Positions 48,727 to 56,582 of a stretch of 64,000 nucleotides of DNA are shown piece after piece. Source of the DNA: a virus; IMG/VR virus record IMGVR_UViG_3300003323_000465, positions 6,025 to 70,024 of that record; one strand, 5' to 3'. A program made the position numbers and the translations under genes. The notes beneath the pieces are model-generated. The model saw only the letters and a program-made list of their open reading frames with translations. It made no database searches and was not told where the DNA came from. The first letter of the stretch is position 1, and every line of letters starts with the position of its first letter.

Positions 48727-48790
48727 ATCGTACCTGTGGGAGTATCAATCGTACCTGTGGGAGTATCAATCGTACCTGTGGGAGTACGAT
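48727..48790. repeat. Three tandem 21-bp direct repeats (iteron-like)
   Basis: ATCGTACCTGTGGGAGTATCA twice, plus an 18-bp third copy. Confidence 0.9.
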
Positions 48791-48862
48791 CTGTAATTAA
48801 ATTTGGTTATTAAATACATTTTACCTACCTTTGTATCTATTGAAAATGAACATATCCCGCCG

Positions 48863-49654
48863 ATGAAAAGAAAACTTTTAGGAGAGAAATTTACTGTAGA
48901 TCATGCAGAAGAAGTATTATCTAAGGATAATCCAGATTTTACAGGACAAGCCTTCAGAAAAAAGATAACAGAACCCCTATTTTACAAAAGGTATCTCACA
49001 GATCTTTGTATGCTCCATGGGCTATCCCCTATTGACCGGGTAGTGCTTGACTATATATGTTGTTGTATGGACAATCTGAATTCTGCCAGACTGGATAAAG
49101 ATTTCTATGGTAAAGTAAAGAGAGAAACGGATATAGGAGAGCAAACCACTAAAAATAGCATTCATAAATTAAAGAAGGCTGGCATTTTATTTAATTCTGC
49201 AGATAATGCCAAATGCAAATATTATGTTAATCCTAATTACGCGGCTAAGGCTAACTTCCATGATTTATGCAAAATAGTCACTAGAATCGAATATTCTGAT
49301 GATAAATCTACTGCTATTGTTACAGAATTTATTCCAAATTCCGGCAATGGTCGTCCTATGAGGATAGAAGAATACGAATGGACCAAATCAGGCATTGATA
49401 CAAAATCATTCTATAGGATGATGGGCGCTAAGGATAATGAGGATAGGGAATATGTTTATTATGAACTAGAAGTATCAAAAGAAAAGGGTTCCGTGTTGGA
49501 AAGGATGTCTGCTGCTCTTGATAGAAAACCAGAAGAATATAATAAATTAAACAATAGATTAATTCAATTGAATACCCTAACAGGGATGATAAATAATAGA
49601 GATAGCATTGAGGATATTAAAAAATTATTTAGGCCCAGAGATCCTAACAATTAA
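48863..49654 (+). CDS. wHTH protein, plasmid RepL/Rep-like
   Basis: LS..D..VL.YI…N…I..L.K.G.L…YYVNP.Y pattern. Start taken downstream of the TTTG(48802)/TACCTTTG(48826) promoter. Confidence 0.6.
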   Translation: MKRKLLGEKFTVDHAEEVLSKDNPDFTGQAFRKKITEPLFYKRYLTDLCMLHGLSPIDRVVLDYICCCMDNLNSARLDKDFYGKVKRETDIGEQTTKNSIHKLKKAGILFNSADNAKCKYYVNPNYAAKANFHDLCKIVTRIEYSDDKSTAIVTEFIPNSGNGRPMRIEEYEWTKSGIDTKSFYRMMGAKDNEDREYVYYELEVSKEKGSVLERMSAALDRKPEEYNKLNNRLIQLNTLTGMINNRDSIEDIKKLFRPRDPNN

Positions 49655-49655
49655 A

Positions 49656-49687
49656 TTTGCTAATTAGAAAAATAACCTCTACCTTTA
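49656..49687 (+). promoter_or_regulatory. Early-class promoter with palindromic -33 element
   Basis: TTTGCTAATTAGAAAA…TACCTTTA. Confidence 0.7.
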
Positions 49688-49701
49688 CATAAATCTATAC
49701 C

Positions 49702-50175
49702 ATGAATAAATATTTTGCTAAATATCTTCCTGTAGAAGGAGGAGTATTTTTCACTAATGCCTTAAATTCTGAGGGGGTCATAGGACAAGAAGGGTTACAG
49801 GATGTTTTTTTTCAAAAGAAGAAACTATTCCTTTGTTCAAGAGATTGGGAATATGGAGATAATGTAATACATATCAAAACCTTTAAAAAGACGACCATAA
49901 GTCCCGCTTTCATAAATAAGTATTTACACAAAATGGGATATAATGATGATGAAAATTGGGTGAAAGTAATAGGCGAAATTTCCCCCAATGCCACATGGGT
50001 AAAAGAAGGGGATGAGTTCACAGAAGAACAACTAGGTATATATACTGATGATACATTATCTAGTATGGTTGAATTTGTGCCTTATAATTGTATTCCTGAA
50101 GATAATTGGAACGATTTAGGATCTCCTGATATTATAATAGGCATCCTTTGCCCAACCTGCAAAACCTTTCACTAA
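49702..50175 (+). CDS. Conserved Bacteroidota-phage hypothetical protein
   Basis: YFAKYLPVEG…KLFLCSRD…KVIGEISP.A.WV.EGDE…CPTC. Confidence 0.65.
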   Translation: MNKYFAKYLPVEGGVFFTNALNSEGVIGQEGLQDVFFQKKKLFLCSRDWEYGDNVIHIKTFKKTTISPAFINKYLHKMGYNDDENWVKVIGEISPNATWVKEGDEFTEEQLGIYTDDTLSSMVEFVPYNCIPEDNWNDLGSPDIIIGILCPTCKTFH

Positions 50176-50184
50176 ACTTATACC

Positions 50185-50853
50185 ATGAAAATAGTACACA
50201 TTTCCGACACTCACGGCCTACATTGCTATGTCAAACCAATCCCCTGCGACCTGATTATTCATACTGGAGATTTTTCCGACATCGGAGAGGAAGAAGAAGT
50301 CCTTGATTTCTTTGATTGGTTTAATTGTTATCCGGCTAAGTATAAAGTAGTTATTGCAGGGAATCATGATAGATGTTTTGACAGAACATTATTTGATAAT
50401 ATTATACCTGAATTTGTAATAGATCAAGTAGTTAACTTTGTTGAATTATCACAAGGATGTAACTTCTATCTTGAAAACGGCGGCTGTGAGATTGAAGGGA
50501 TAAAGATATGGGGCAGTCCTGTTACTCCTACCTTCGGTAAAGGATGGGCCTTTAATGTGGATAGGGGGCTACCAATTGGTAATATATGGTCTGCTATTCC
50601 TCCAGATACAGACATTCTTCTCACTCATGGTCCGGCATATGATATGCTAGATGAATTAGAATACGGAGAAAAAGTAGGGTGTAAGGACCTTGCTAATTTC
50701 ATAAATAACAACAGGATTAAATATCATTTAACTGGACATATACATTCAGGATATGGCCTCATGTACTCCGACCATACTCTTATTTCAAATGCTGCCATCT
50801 GCAACGAACAATACGAGCCAGTAAACAAACCTATCATCATTCAATATAAATAA
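50185..50853 (+). CDS. Metallophosphoesterase (MPPED/Rv0805-like)
   Basis: SDTH, GD.S, AGNHD, THGP and GHIH motifs. Confidence 0.9.
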   Translation: MKIVHISDTHGLHCYVKPIPCDLIIHTGDFSDIGEEEEVLDFFDWFNCYPAKYKVVIAGNHDRCFDRTLFDNIIPEFVIDQVVNFVELSQGCNFYLENGGCEIEGIKIWGSPVTPTFGKGWAFNVDRGLPIGNIWSAIPPDTDILLTHGPAYDMLDELEYGEKVGCKDLANFINNNRIKYHLTGHIHSGYGLMYSDHTLISNAAICNEQYEPVNKPIIIQYK

Positions 50854-50856
50854 ATC

Positions 50857-51147
50857 ATGACTGATCCAGCTATATCTTTTGAAACTTACGACTTAGCCAT
50901 ATCTAAGGGCTACCATGAAGAGGTGTTTGATGAGAACTTTAAGGTATCCACAACTCAATCAGAGCTACAACGCTGGCTACGAGATCATAAACGCATTGTA
51001 ATGTTCGTCCAGCCCAAAGGCATGAAATACCATTGGACTATTTATTTGGATGATTTTAAGAATGGAGAGCATGGATATACATTACATGAGAAATGGGAAG
51101 AGGCTATGGAGGAAGGATTGAAAACGGCTTTAAATCTAATCCCATGA
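50857..51147 (+). CDS. Conserved phage hypothetical protein
   Basis: ISFET..LA..KG…TQS.LQ.WLR…EEA.E.GL..AL. Confidence 0.65.
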   Translation: MTDPAISFETYDLAISKGYHEEVFDENFKVSTTQSELQRWLRDHKRIVMFVQPKGMKYHWTIYLDDFKNGEHGYTLHEKWEEAMEEGLKTALNLIP

Positions 51148-51509
51148 TTGTAGCTATTGTAGGCACTAGAGCCTATACTAATCAACAACATGTATGGGAT
51201 ATGATGAACATCATAGTTCAAAAATATCCTAATGTAATATTTATCTCGGGGGATTGCGATACGGGCCCCGATCATTATGCCCTTGAATATTGTAAGCAAA
51301 ATGGGATTGATATTATTATATGTGGCGCAGGATGGATTAAATATGGGAAAGCAGGAGGCTCTATAAGGAACAAGAGGATAGCAGAGCAAATGGATGTAGG
51401 GGTAGCATTTTGGGATAAGAAATCTCCTGGTACTAGAAGTTTTATTGATGCAGCTAAGGCAGTCGGCAAATTAGATAAAGTATTCATTTACGATTTACTA
51501 CCTTTGTAA
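51144..51509 (+). CDS. SLOG-superfamily protein (YspA/DUF2493-like)
   Basis: VAIVGTR, ISG.C..GPD, W.KYGKAGG.IRN and AFWD.KSPGT motifs. Confidence 0.8.
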   Translation: MIVAIVGTRAYTNQQHVWDMMNIIVQKYPNVIFISGDCDTGPDHYALEYCKQNGIDIIICGAGWIKYGKAGGSIRNKRIAEQMDVGVAFWDKKSPGTRSFIDAAKAVGKLDKVFIYDLLPL

Positions 51510-51520
51510 AAAATAAAACT

Positions 51521-51736
51521 ATGTCTGAATTAACATTAGGAGAAAAAAGAGTACGCACTTCCTTCAATCCATCCGCCATCAGCATTGTGGATACTATCAA
51601 ACAAAAGGTAGCAGAATTGATTAATATTTGTGAAAGTATTAAAACGCCTAACAATGTTCGTGAGGCATCTGTGGCTCAAACTGAATTTGAATCAGCTGCT
51701 CATTGGGCTGTAAAAGCAGCTACTTCGGGTTTGTAA
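51521..51736 (+). CDS. Acb2/Tad1-like helical hairpin protein (candidate immune-signal sponge)
   Basis: REASVAQTEFESAAHWAVKAAT matches the R..S.A.T..E.A..W..K hairpin pattern. Has its own TACCTTTG promoter. Confidence 0.55.
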   Translation: MSELTLGEKRVRTSFNPSAISIVDTIKQKVAELINICESIKTPNNVREASVAQTEFESAAHWAVKAATSGL

Positions 51737-51746
51737 TTAAATAATA

Positions 51747-51828
51747 GCTTGGTCTTTGGTGTTTGGAACACCCGAAGTTGAGGACGCTCAACCGCTGTCA
51801 AGAAGTGCGTTCGAATCGCAGCCCGGCG
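51747..51828 (+). ncRNA. Degenerate/atypical tRNA-like element
   Basis: T-arm UGCG-UUCGAAU-CGCA, imperfect acceptor GCUUGGU/GCCCGGC and two internal hairpins. No 7-nt anticodon loop. Confidence 0.45.
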
Positions 51829-51954
51829 CTGAGTTTTGGTCATGTTTTCTGCGGAATCGTTTTGTATGGATAATCAGCAAACGACATTCTACCGTCTTTG
51901 ATAAACTTGGCAAGTGTATGAGAAACTGGCGTAACCAGTAAGTATTATACCTCC

Positions 51955-51982
51955 GGCCCTACTTAAAACGTGGGGCCTTTTT
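51955..51982 (+). terminator. Intrinsic terminator
   Basis: GGCCCTAC-loop-GTGGGGCC then TTTTT. Confidence 0.7.
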
Positions 51983-51995
51983 ATTTAAAATAAAT

Positions 51996-52026
51996 TTTGC
52001 TAATTGGAAAATAAGTATTAACTTCA
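51996..52026 (+). promoter_or_regulatory. Early-class promoter with palindromic -33 element
   Basis: TTTGCTAATTGGAAAA…TAACTTCA. Confidence 0.6.
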
Positions 52027-52057
52027 CATCCATCACCTTATACCTAATTCCTTTACC

Positions 52058-52447
52058 ATGAAACAGCATAAACTTCTGCCTTCGCAGTTTTTCTCTTTCT
52101 ACATGGAATTATACCCCTTTATACTTAGGTTCTCTGTAAATCAAACGTTAGAGGAGATATGTAATGAAGATCATATAGATGATACTGATGATTTTACAGT
52201 ATCCCTTATATCCGCTTGTACCACTCCCGGTAGAATAATCCCTTTTGAAGATTCTGTTTATCTTTGTGTTTTAAAGAGATTTGATACTTCTCCATCCTCA
52301 CATGGTGTCTTTGCCCATGAAGCTCTTCATTTAATGAATTTCATTGTAGAAAAGATAGGTGCTAAATTATGTACTGATAACGATGAATTTTGTTGTTATA
52401 TGCTCGGGTATATTACAGAGAAATTTTACGAGAACTTAAAATATTGA
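52058..52447 (+). CDS. HExxH metallopeptidase-like phage protein
   Basis: AHEALH…E..CY..GYI. Confidence 0.7.
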   Translation: MKQHKLLPSQFFSFYMELYPFILRFSVNQTLEEICNEDHIDDTDDFTVSLISACTTPGRIIPFEDSVYLCVLKRFDTSPSSHGVFAHEALHLMNFIVEKIGAKLCTDNDEFCCYMLGYITEKFYENLKY

Positions 52448-52449
52448 TC

Positions 52450-52806
52450 ATGGGGGATATTGTAATACGGCTGAAGGAATTGGGAAACTATGATAGTAAG
52501 ATGGTAGAAGCATATGATACCATCATAACATTAAAAGATAATTATCTTAAAACGTCTTTTGATTTTTATAGCACAGAAGAAGATACTGAATTAGGTATTG
52601 ATATTACAGTTCATAGAAAAGGTACTTCTATCTATAAAAAGGAGAGTATCATATATACAGGGATAAGTTTCTTAGAAAAGAAAGATAGATGGCAGGTTAT
52701 AGTTGAAAGTACTGATAGATTGCTTACGCAGTATTTTGAAGCAGAAGATGAGGAAGCGGCATACAATTATTTCAATCAAATTCATAAATGGTTATATAAT
52801 GAGTGA
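52450..52806 (+). CDS. Hypothetical protein
   Basis: Likely start MGDIVI. Confidence 0.6.
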   Translation: MGDIVIRLKELGNYDSKMVEAYDTIITLKDNYLKTSFDFYSTEEDTELGIDITVHRKGTSIYKKESIIYTGISFLEKKDRWQVIVESTDRLLTQYFEAEDEEAAYNYFNQIHKWLYNE

Positions 52807-53020
52807 AATTCCATATCCAACCATACCGATAACACCATTCCAAGACCGGGAATTAAAGATAAGGGAAATGGCTGAGCAGAGATATATGATAGAAGCTCTT
52901 ACGCGGTCAATATCTGCCACGATAGACATGGGCTATGAAAAGGATAAGGTACTAGCCTTTACTGATACTGCAAGGGATATTATGTCCAGAAAATTAATTG
53001 AATTAGTAAATAAAATATGA
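52799..53020 (+). CDS. Hypothetical protein
   Basis: Likely start MSEIPYP. Confidence 0.55.
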   Translation: MSEIPYPTIPITPFQDRELKIREMAEQRYMIEALTRSISATIDMGYEKDKVLAFTDTARDIMSRKLIELVNKI

Positions 53021-53271
53021 TGCTATTCCAAGAAATAAATGAAATCGCACCAAATGCCCTCTCCGCCTTTTTAAGGGAATATGAAAGTACTAAATGCCCA
53101 TTACCTATAGGACAATATCCCGATGCGGCATTAAGAGGGTTGATATTGGAATGGCTTCAGGATTATATGGATTTAGATATATCAGAGCTTGTGGCTAATG
53201 ATCTTTGGAAGGGGAAGGATCTTCTCATTAACTCACTCATTGAATTAGAAAAAGAATACATTATTAAATAG
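53017..53271 (+). CDS. Hypothetical protein
   Basis: 84-aa ORF. Confidence 0.55.
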   Translation: MMLFQEINEIAPNALSAFLREYESTKCPLPIGQYPDAALRGLILEWLQDYMDLDISELVANDLWKGKDLLINSLIELEKEYIIK

Positions 53272-53278
53272 TAACACA

Positions 53279-53452
53279 ATGATCACATCTATAAAGAATC
53301 ATGAAGATTATTTAGCAGCTCTAGATGAATTATATATTCTCCTAGATATGCCGCCAGCTGGCATGACAAAAGGCGATGCGGATAGGCAGGGAGAATTATT
53401 TGATATGGTAAGCGAGTGGGAAAGGGAATATGAATCACCGATAAACGATTAA
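53279..53452 (+). CDS. 57-aa protein resembling the N-terminal domain of HigA antitoxins
   Basis: MITSIKNHEDYLAALDELYILLDMPPAGMTKGDADRQGELFDMVSEWEREY, translated by hand. Confidence 0.55.
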   Translation: MITSIKNHEDYLAALDELYILLDMPPAGMTKGDADRQGELFDMVSEWEREYESPIND

Positions 53453-53453
53453 T

Positions 53454-53666
53454 ATGTATCTAAAAAGTAAGAGATTTTTCAAATCATTCATGTTTACTTT
53501 TCAAGTAGGCACAATGTTAGGTGATCGTAATTTTTATTTGTTTGAAGCGCTTCCTTCTCTTTCATTTAAGCGCATAGGTCAAAATGAATGGGTTGCTACA
53601 AAAGAATATATATTATCCCTTAGCTGGATCAGATGGTATATTGAGATTGGTTTAGATGTAAAATAG
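53454..53666 (+). CDS. Hypothetical protein
   Basis: 70-aa ORF. Confidence 0.5.
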   Translation: MYLKSKRFFKSFMFTFQVGTMLGDRNFYLFEALPSLSFKRIGQNEWVATKEYILSLSWIRWYIEIGLDVK

Positions 53667-53699
53667 TAACTTTGTGACTTACTAACCTATTAAATTCAT

Positions 53700-53801
53700 A
53701 TGAAAGTCTCAAAGAAAACTGTAAAGGCTGTTGCTAAGCCTAAAAAGAAAGGTGAAAACCCTAAACTCATTCAAGCATCAAAAACTAAATTTGGTTACTA
53801 A
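53700..53801 (+). CDS. 33-aa Lys-rich peptide
   Basis: MKVSKKTVKAVAKPKKKGENPKLIQASKTKFGY after a TAACTTTG box. TAATG coupling to the next ORF. Confidence 0.5.
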   Translation: MKVSKKTVKAVAKPKKKGENPKLIQASKTKFGY

Positions 53802-53968
53802 TGGCAAAGTCGCATCCAGGGTTTAAAAAAGTTCAGGCAAATATTGCCAAAAAGGAAGGAATTAGTGAGAAGAGGGCTGGAGCTATTCTGGCTTCTTCCA
53901 CCCGCAAGGCGGCAGCTAAACCTTCCAATGTGAAGAAAAATCCAAATCTTAAAAAAGTAAAAGGGTAA
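53801..53968 (+). CDS. 55-aa basic phage protein (HPGFK.VQ..IA.KEG.S…AGAILASSTR…NP.LK.VKG)
   Basis: Translated by hand. Followed by a terminator hairpin. Confidence 0.65.
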   Translation: MAKSHPGFKKVQANIAKKEGISEKRAGAILASSTRKAAAKPSNVKKNPNLKKVKG

Positions 53969-53993
53969 TCAATCCCGATCTATCGCGGTTTGT

Positions 53994-54028
53994 GGCCCTG
54001 TTTTATTCTTATTACAGGGCTTATTTTT
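53994..54028 (+). terminator. Intrinsic terminator
   Basis: GCCCTGT…ACAGGGC then TTATTTTT. Confidence 0.55.
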
Positions 54029-54037
54029 CACCTAACC

Positions 54038-54280
54038 ATGAAACGAATGAGCATATTTGATACAGCAGAAGCAATGGGGAGTTTAGCTATAGATTACACA
54101 TGCGCTCCAAAATCCATTAAGATATTATTTGAGCCTAATGGGGTTCCTGAATATGTGGTTATTTCTCGTAATGATGAGAAAGAAGCGGGGGAAGATATGG
54201 CCATGAGGCTTTCTAAAGTACATTATGAAGAATATCCCTTTGGTAATTATACTTTGTTTATAACTTATGATCATATATGA
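54038..54280 (+). CDS. Hypothetical protein
   Basis: Likely start MKRMSIF. Confidence 0.55.
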   Translation: MKRMSIFDTAEAMGSLAIDYTCAPKSIKILFEPNGVPEYVVISRNDEKEAGEDMAMRLSKVHYEEYPFGNYTLFITYDHI

Positions 54281-54906
54281 GAACTACAAATAATGCAAGA
54301 GGGGAGAAGAGATTGTTGGTACTGGCGGACGCTGAGCAAAAAGAACGTCACTCGTTCCTTATGCCAGACGGAACGAGAAAATCATTCTTTTTAGGTACTA
54401 AGTACAGCGAGGACAATCGTTTGTCAAAGCCAACGCTCGCTCAGGTTATTACAGAATGTGACGGATTAGAAGTTGGAGATATAGTATTATTTACACATGC
54501 CGTATTAAGTAATGATAAAATGGTATTGCATGAAGATTATATGGAAGGTAATGATCGCCTTTATTTGATAGATAAAAGTTCAGTAGCTTTTTATATAAAA
54601 GGAGATGAAGTATATCCCTACAATGAAAATATTCTTTGTGAACGTCTTTTTTATCCTGAAGTAATTTCTCCAGGTGGCATTATACTATCCCCCAATAAAG
54701 AACAGGTTGAAAATAGATTAAGAGTATTGAAGGTACCAGAAGGGGTAGAAGATATAAAAAGTGGGGATATAGTTGTAGTTCCTAAATTTAGCGATTATGA
54801 ATTAGTTTTTAATTATAATGACATTCAACAGAGTATCATTAGGTGTTTATACCGGGATATTTATTGTATAGATGAAGGGGATTATTCAAACTGTTTAAAT
54901 AAATAA
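54277..54906 (+). CDS. GroES-like co-chaperonin with two tandem domains
   Basis: LEVGDIVLF and P…ILCE…SPGGIIL…IKSGDIVV motifs. Confidence 0.7.
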   Translation: MRTTNNARGEKRLLVLADAEQKERHSFLMPDGTRKSFFLGTKYSEDNRLSKPTLAQVITECDGLEVGDIVLFTHAVLSNDKMVLHEDYMEGNDRLYLIDKSSVAFYIKGDEVYPYNENILCERLFYPEVISPGGIILSPNKEQVENRLRVLKVPEGVEDIKSGDIVVVPKFSDYELVFNYNDIQQSIIRCLYRDIYCIDEGDYSNCLNK

Positions 54907-54907
54907 T

Positions 54908-55234
54908 ATGACTTTCGTGCCTAGAAATAAACATGGACACTATACCAATTGTATCTGCAATATATGTAGTAATGACCCAGATAATGGGCGTTCTTTTGGT
55001 AAACAAGAAACATCTTCAGGGTTAATTCCTGGTAACCGCTCATACTACGCTGCAGAAGTTGAGCCTATTCATCTTATCGAAGCCCAGAATCTTGACTTCT
55101 TATTGGGCTCAGTTTGCAAATATATCTGCAGGAGTGATAAGAAGGGTAGTGAAATAGAAGATTTAGAGAAGGCTAAATGGTATTTGGAAAGGAAGATAGA
55201 AAGTTTAAAAAGGAACCAAGATGGCAGTAAATAG
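54908..55234 (+). CDS. DUF3310 (SaV-like) protein
   Basis: YY…EPI..IE…F.LG.V.KYI.R..KKG…EDLEKAKWYL. Confidence 0.8.
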   Translation: MTFVPRNKHGHYTNCICNICSNDPDNGRSFGKQETSSGLIPGNRSYYAAEVEPIHLIEAQNLDFLLGSVCKYICRSDKKGSEIEDLEKAKWYLERKIESLKRNQDGSK

Positions 55235-55571
55235 ACCTAATCGCGAATCTCCTGAGAAAGAGATATGGGAATATATAGAATATTTAGAGGATAAGTTATC
55301 TGATTATTCTCGTAATGGGGCTATTTCATTTATGGGAAGCCTGAACCGTAAATTAATGGTACTGGCGGAACAGATAGATAATGCGGATATTCAATTCGGA
55401 AGTAAGGATGATAAATTATATGATAGATTTATTGCCACTGCTAAGGTAGGTAAAGATTTAGCTAGTGATTTCAAGGCATTCTTACTTGAATATGGAGAGG
55501 TAGTACAAGAGGATGAAACTAAAAAGAATAGAAATCTAATGGAACTTCACGCTAAAAACAAACAAAAGTAA
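55221..55571 (+). CDS. Hypothetical helical protein (possible terminase small subunit)
   Basis: 116 aa upstream of TerL. Position-based guess only. Confidence 0.35.
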   Translation: MAVNRPNRESPEKEIWEYIEYLEDKLSDYSRNGAISFMGSLNRKLMVLAEQIDNADIQFGSKDDKLYDRFIATAKVGKDLASDFKAFLLEYGEVVQEDETKKNRNLMELHAKNKQK

Positions 55572-55572
55572 T

Positions 55573-55773
55573 ATGGAGCCTAAATTATTATCAGGAGATT
55601 ATTTGTTTGAAAATAAATATGCTACAGTACATTTGGGGTTAGAACAGAAGAGATTTAATATACGTAGTGAGATAAAATTGTGTAGTATAGGTGAAGAGCT
55701 AGAATATAAATCCGGCGCATCTAATTTAGTATTGGAAGCAACTAATTTCGCAATTAAACATATATACGGATAA
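55573..55773 (+). CDS. Hypothetical protein
   Basis: 66-aa ORF. Confidence 0.5.
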   Translation: MEPKLLSGDYLFENKYATVHLGLEQKRFNIRSEIKLCSIGEELEYKSGASNLVLEATNFAIKHIYG

Positions 55774-56582
55774 TGGCAAACATGCCTAAAAGAAAAGCCA
55801 CAGGGAGAGCCAATGGCGCTAGTGTAATTACGCTTAGAGCTATGGTCGAAGAATATAGGGAAAGAGAGAAGATTTATAAACTAAAGATATATAGATTTGA
55901 GTCTGAGATTAAAAGGAGAAAACAGAATCGGAAGGAGATCATAGCTCATAAGAACATTAGATACGATAAACTTCGGTATACAGTATACAAACTCAAACAA
56001 AAATTATGGGTATTCCGAAAGAAATTCAAAAACCAAATAGTTGACCCCCGCCGCAAAAAAATTACCCACTTTAAAAGAAAAGGAGTTCAAATAGGATTAG
56101 CCAGGGGGTATGAGAAAGGTCGGATAGCAGGATATAAGAAGGGATTGATGGAGGGTAAGAAAGCGAAGAATTTTGATCTATTCTACAGAGGTGTAGCTGT
56201 TGGTAAGAAAAGAGAAAGAAAGACGGCTGAAAAGGCATATAATTACCGCCGTAAGGCATTCTATAAAGTAGAATCTACAGCCCGGATGTCGGTAATATTA
56301 GCAAGACTTTCAAAGGCCCTACAACTATCTCCTACTATTGTATCATACCTAATATGGGTTAGCCAGCGTGAATTTTGGACTAAGAAGGATTTATTCAGGG
56401 CTTTTGATGATTTGGGCTTTGATGGGTATCACTTTTGTGTGCAGCGATTGAAAGAGTTAGAATTGATTGAAGCAATGAAGAGAGATAAGACTACAGTTAC
56501 GTGGAAGCTCACATTCAAAGGCGTTCAACTTACAAATAAAATACACAAGTATATTAATAAATATTTCAAAGAAAAACCATGA
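55773..56582 (+). CDS. Very basic protein with GxxxG repeats and a C-terminal wHTH-like domain
   Basis: GY.KG repeats. C-terminus L.EL.LIE…W.LT.KG. Confidence 0.55.
   Translation: MANMPKRKATGRANGASVITLRAMVEEYREREKIYKLKIYRFESEIKRRKQNRKEIIAHKNIRYDKLRYTVYKLKQKLWVFRKKFKNQIVDPRRKKITHFKRKGVQIGLARGYEKGRIAGYKKGLMEGKKAKNFDLFYRGVAVGKKRERKTAEKAYNYRRKAFYKVESTARMSVILARLSKALQLSPTIVSYLIWVSQREFWTKKDLFRAFDDLGFDGYHFCVQRLKELELIEAMKRDKTTVTWKLTFKGVQLTNKIHKYINKYFKEKP

Noticed and set aside
48727-48790. Tandem repeats as a CRISPR mini-array
   Set aside because: The repeats are contiguous with no spacers, and no cas genes are present.
51756-51941. 61-aa ORF as a protein gene
   Set aside because: Non-ATG start, atypical composition, and it coincides with structured RNA elements.
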